This document shows positions 61,806 to 64,000 of a stretch of DNA of 64,000 bases, piece after piece (position 1 is the stretch's first letter; every line of letters starts with the position of its first letter). The DNA comes from OCS116 cluster bacterium AG-430-B22 (GTDB taxonomy: Bacteria > Pseudomonadota > Alphaproteobacteria > MED-G09). The position numbers were made by a program, and so were the translations under genes. The stretch is taken from the NCBI GenBank assembly GCA_003209955.1, contig QCOD01000008.1:508-64507 (forward strand), in the 5' to 3' direction. Below the pieces are notes generated by a model. It saw only the letters and a list, made by a program, of their open reading frames with translations, did not search any database and was not told where the DNA came from.

Positions 61806-64000
61806 ATGACTAATAAAAACTTTGAAAAAGCAGAAATTTTTAAAAGATTAAATGAACCTCAAAGAGAAGCTGTTTATCACACTGAAGGGCCTATTTTAGT
61901 TTTAGCTGGCGCAGGTACTGGAAAAACAGGCGTTCTTACAACAAGATTAATCAGATTATTAATTGAAAAAATAGCGTTACCAGGTGAGATTTTGTCAGTT
62001 ACTTTTACAAACAAGGCTGCTAATGAGATGAAAGAAAGAATAAGCAATCAAATTGGTGATTTATCCTCTGGGTTAAAATGGCTAGGTACATTTCATTCAG
62101 TTGGAGCTCAAATATTAAGATTTAATCCTAATAAAGTAAGTTTAGAGAATGATTTTATAATTCTAGACACAGATGATCAGGTCCGACTTTTAAAGCAAAT
62201 AATAAAAGATGAAAATATTGATGACAAAAGATGGCCAGCTAAACAATTGCTTAATGTAATAGATAAATGGAAAAACAAAGGTTTGTATCCAGAAGATGTT
62301 TCAACTAAAGATGATGATTACTTTGCAAATGGTAAAGGTCATTTACTTTATAAAATTTATCAAGAGAGATTGAAGTATTTCAATGCAGTAGATTTTGGAG
62401 ATTTAATTCTTGAATCAATCAGGTTATTTGAAAATAACCCAGATATTTTAGAAAGTTACCAAAAAAGGTTTAAATATATTTTAGTTGATGAGTATCAAGA
62501 TACAAATGTTTCTCAATACAAGTTATTGAAGCTTTTGACTGGTCAGTATCAAAATATCTGTTGCGTAGGAGATGATGATCAATCAATTTATTCTTGGAGA
62601 GGAGCAGAAATATCAAATATTTTAAGGTTCGAAAAAGATTTTCCTAATGCAAAAACGATAAGGTTAGAAGAAAACTATAGATCTACAGGTCACATACTTA
62701 CTGCGGCATCAAAATTAATTGAAAATAATGACTCAAGACTAGGAAAAACATTATGGACTAATTCTGGTGAAGGAGAAAAAATTACTGTTAAATCAAATTG
62801 GGATGGGGAAGAAGAAGCAAGACAAATTACTTCAGAGCTAGAAAAACTATCTCTTAACAATTTTAACCTAGATGAAACAGCAATCTTAGTAAGAGCAAGC
62901 TTCCAAATGCGTGAATTTGAAGATAGATTCATAGCTGTTGGGCTACCTTATAAAGTAATTGGAGGTCCAAGATTCTATGAAAGAAAAGAAATTAGAGATG
63001 TAAATGCATATTTAAGGCTTGCAACGCAGCCAAATGATAGTTTAGCTTTAGAAAGAATTATTAATACTCCTAAAAGAGGAATCGGTGAAACTTCAGTAAA
63101 AAAAATTAGAGATCGCTCTAAAGAAAATAATTTACCTTTAATAGAGTCTATAAAAGAATTAATTGAAGAAAAGTCTTTCAAAGGTAAGACGGCTGAATCC
63201 CTCAATAAATTGGTTAACCTTGTGTTTCATTGGAACCAGTTAATAAAAGAAGAAGATAAAGTTGAAATAGCAGAAGTGATAATTGAAGACTCAGGATATC
63301 TAGAAATGTTAAGAAATGATAAATCACTTACCGCTGAAGGTCGTGTAGAAAATGTTTATGAATTATTTCGATCACTTGAACCATTCGAGAGCATAAAAGC
63401 GTATTTAGAGCATATTTCTCTTGTCATGGAAATAGACAGCAATCAACATGGGAAAAAGGTTAGTCTAATGACTCTCCATGCAGCTAAAGGCTTAGAATTT
63501 GATTATGTATTTCTACCTGGATGGGAAGAAGGGGTATTCCCAAATCAAAGAGCAATAGATGAAGGCGGACTAGAGGCTCTTGAGGAAGAAAGAAGGTTAG
63601 CTTATGTGGGTGTTACAAGAGCTAAGAAAAAAGCATCAATTTATTATTCCGCTAATCGTAGGATGCATAATCAATGGATATCATCAATTCCATCTAGATT
63701 TGTAACAGAACTACCCGAAGAAAATATTGAAACAGATTTATCTAATTATGCAGGTGAAAAAGAGTTATTTAAAGAACAAGAATATATTGATTTTGATCAA
63801 TCAGATTACGAAACACCTGGTTGGGAAAGAGCAAGGTTTGAGTCAAAGTCTAAGATTATCGATAATAAAACTGCTGAGAATTATATTGTAAAAGATTCAC
63901 CATTCGAATTAAATGAAAAAGTAACACATAAAAAATTTGGTAAAGGTAAAATTTTAAGTATCGATGGTAAAAAACTGACAATTAGTTTTGGATCAAACGG
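61806..64000 (+). CDS. uvrD: UvrD/PcrA/Rep-family ATP-dependent DNA helicase (3' end just beyond window)
   Basis: It is not in the ORF track because no stop is reached. My translation from the ATG at 61806 is open to 64000. It reads MTNKNFEKAEIFKRLNEPQREAV...LAGAGTGKTG (motif I), VDEYQDTN (II), ENYRST, TLHAAKGLEFDYVF and YVGVTRAK (VI). Confidence 0.93.
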   Translation, partial: MTNKNFEKAEIFKRLNEPQREAVYHTEGPILVLAGAGTGKTGVLTTRLIRLLIEKIALPGEILSVTFTNKAANEMKERISNQIGDLSSGLKWLGTFHSVGAQILRFNPNKVSLENDFIILDTDDQVRLLKQIIKDENIDDKRWPAKQLLNVIDKWKNKGLYPEDVSTKDDDYFANGKGHLLYKIYQERLKYFNAVDFGDLILESIRLFENNPDILESYQKRFKYILVDEYQDTNVSQYKLLKLLTGQYQNICCVGDDDQSIYSWRGAEISNILRFEKDFPNAKTIRLEENYRSTGHILTAASKLIENNDSRLGKTLWTNSGEGEKITVKSNWDGEEEARQITSELEKLSLNNFNLDETAILVRASFQMREFEDRFIAVGLPYKVIGGPRFYERKEIRDVNAYLRLATQPNDSLALERIINTPKRGIGETSVKKIRDRSKENNLPLIESIKELIEEKSFKGKTAESLNKLVNLVFHWNQLIKEEDKVEIAEVIIEDSGYLEMLRNDKSLTAEGRVENVYELFRSLEPFESIKAYLEHISLVMEIDSNQHGKKVSLMTLHAAKGLEFDYVFLPGWEEGVFPNQRAIDEGGLEALEEERRLAYVGVTRAKKKASIYYSANRRMHNQWISSIPSRFVTELPEENIETDLSNYAGEKELFKEQEYIDFDQSDYETPGWERARFESKSKIIDNKTAENYIVKDSPFELNEKVTHKKFGKGKILSIDGKKLTISFGSN

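Overview
This is an AT-rich (about 30% G+C by eye), very gene-dense bacterial chromosome segment. It carries alphaproteobacterial hallmarks: a permuted two-piece tmRNA, mreB-mrdA-rodA, hflKC-degP, cysE next to DUF3126, and a one-Cys DksA. Composition and packing suggest a streamlined marine lineage such as SAR11/Pelagibacterales, which is inference only.

There are about 70 CDS, mostly housekeeping: thrS (5' partial), cysS, folE-hisI, cysE, purB, map, purC-S-Q-L, bolA-grxD, rpsD, icd, alaS, recA, dksA, ilvI-H-C, leuA, mreB-mrdA-rodA, miaA, degP-hflC-hflK, apbC, folA-thyA, fumC and uvrD. The uvrD ORF runs off the 3' end and is absent from the ORF track.

RNA genes are tRNA-Leu(UAA) and tmRNA. 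There is also an unassigned GC-rich, terminator-ended RNA candidate after thrS, preceded by two perfect DnaA boxes.

An accessory-looking stretch (about 26-41 kb) contains:
- a GT4 / two-methyltransferase / alpha-alpha-toroid cluster;
- an alanine:cation symporter;
- a phnC-phnE-phnE transporter with no phnD, coupled to a MATE pump;
- a GC-shifted class IV aminotransferase;
- a steroid-5-alpha-reductase-like / SDR / P450 / acyltransferase set whose acyltransferase start overlaps the rodA stop.

I saw no rRNA, CRISPR array, transposase, integrase or prophage signature. Many ORF-track starts are maximal extensions (first ATG/GTG/TTG). I trimmed them where an SD-like sequence or homologous N-termini supported a later start.
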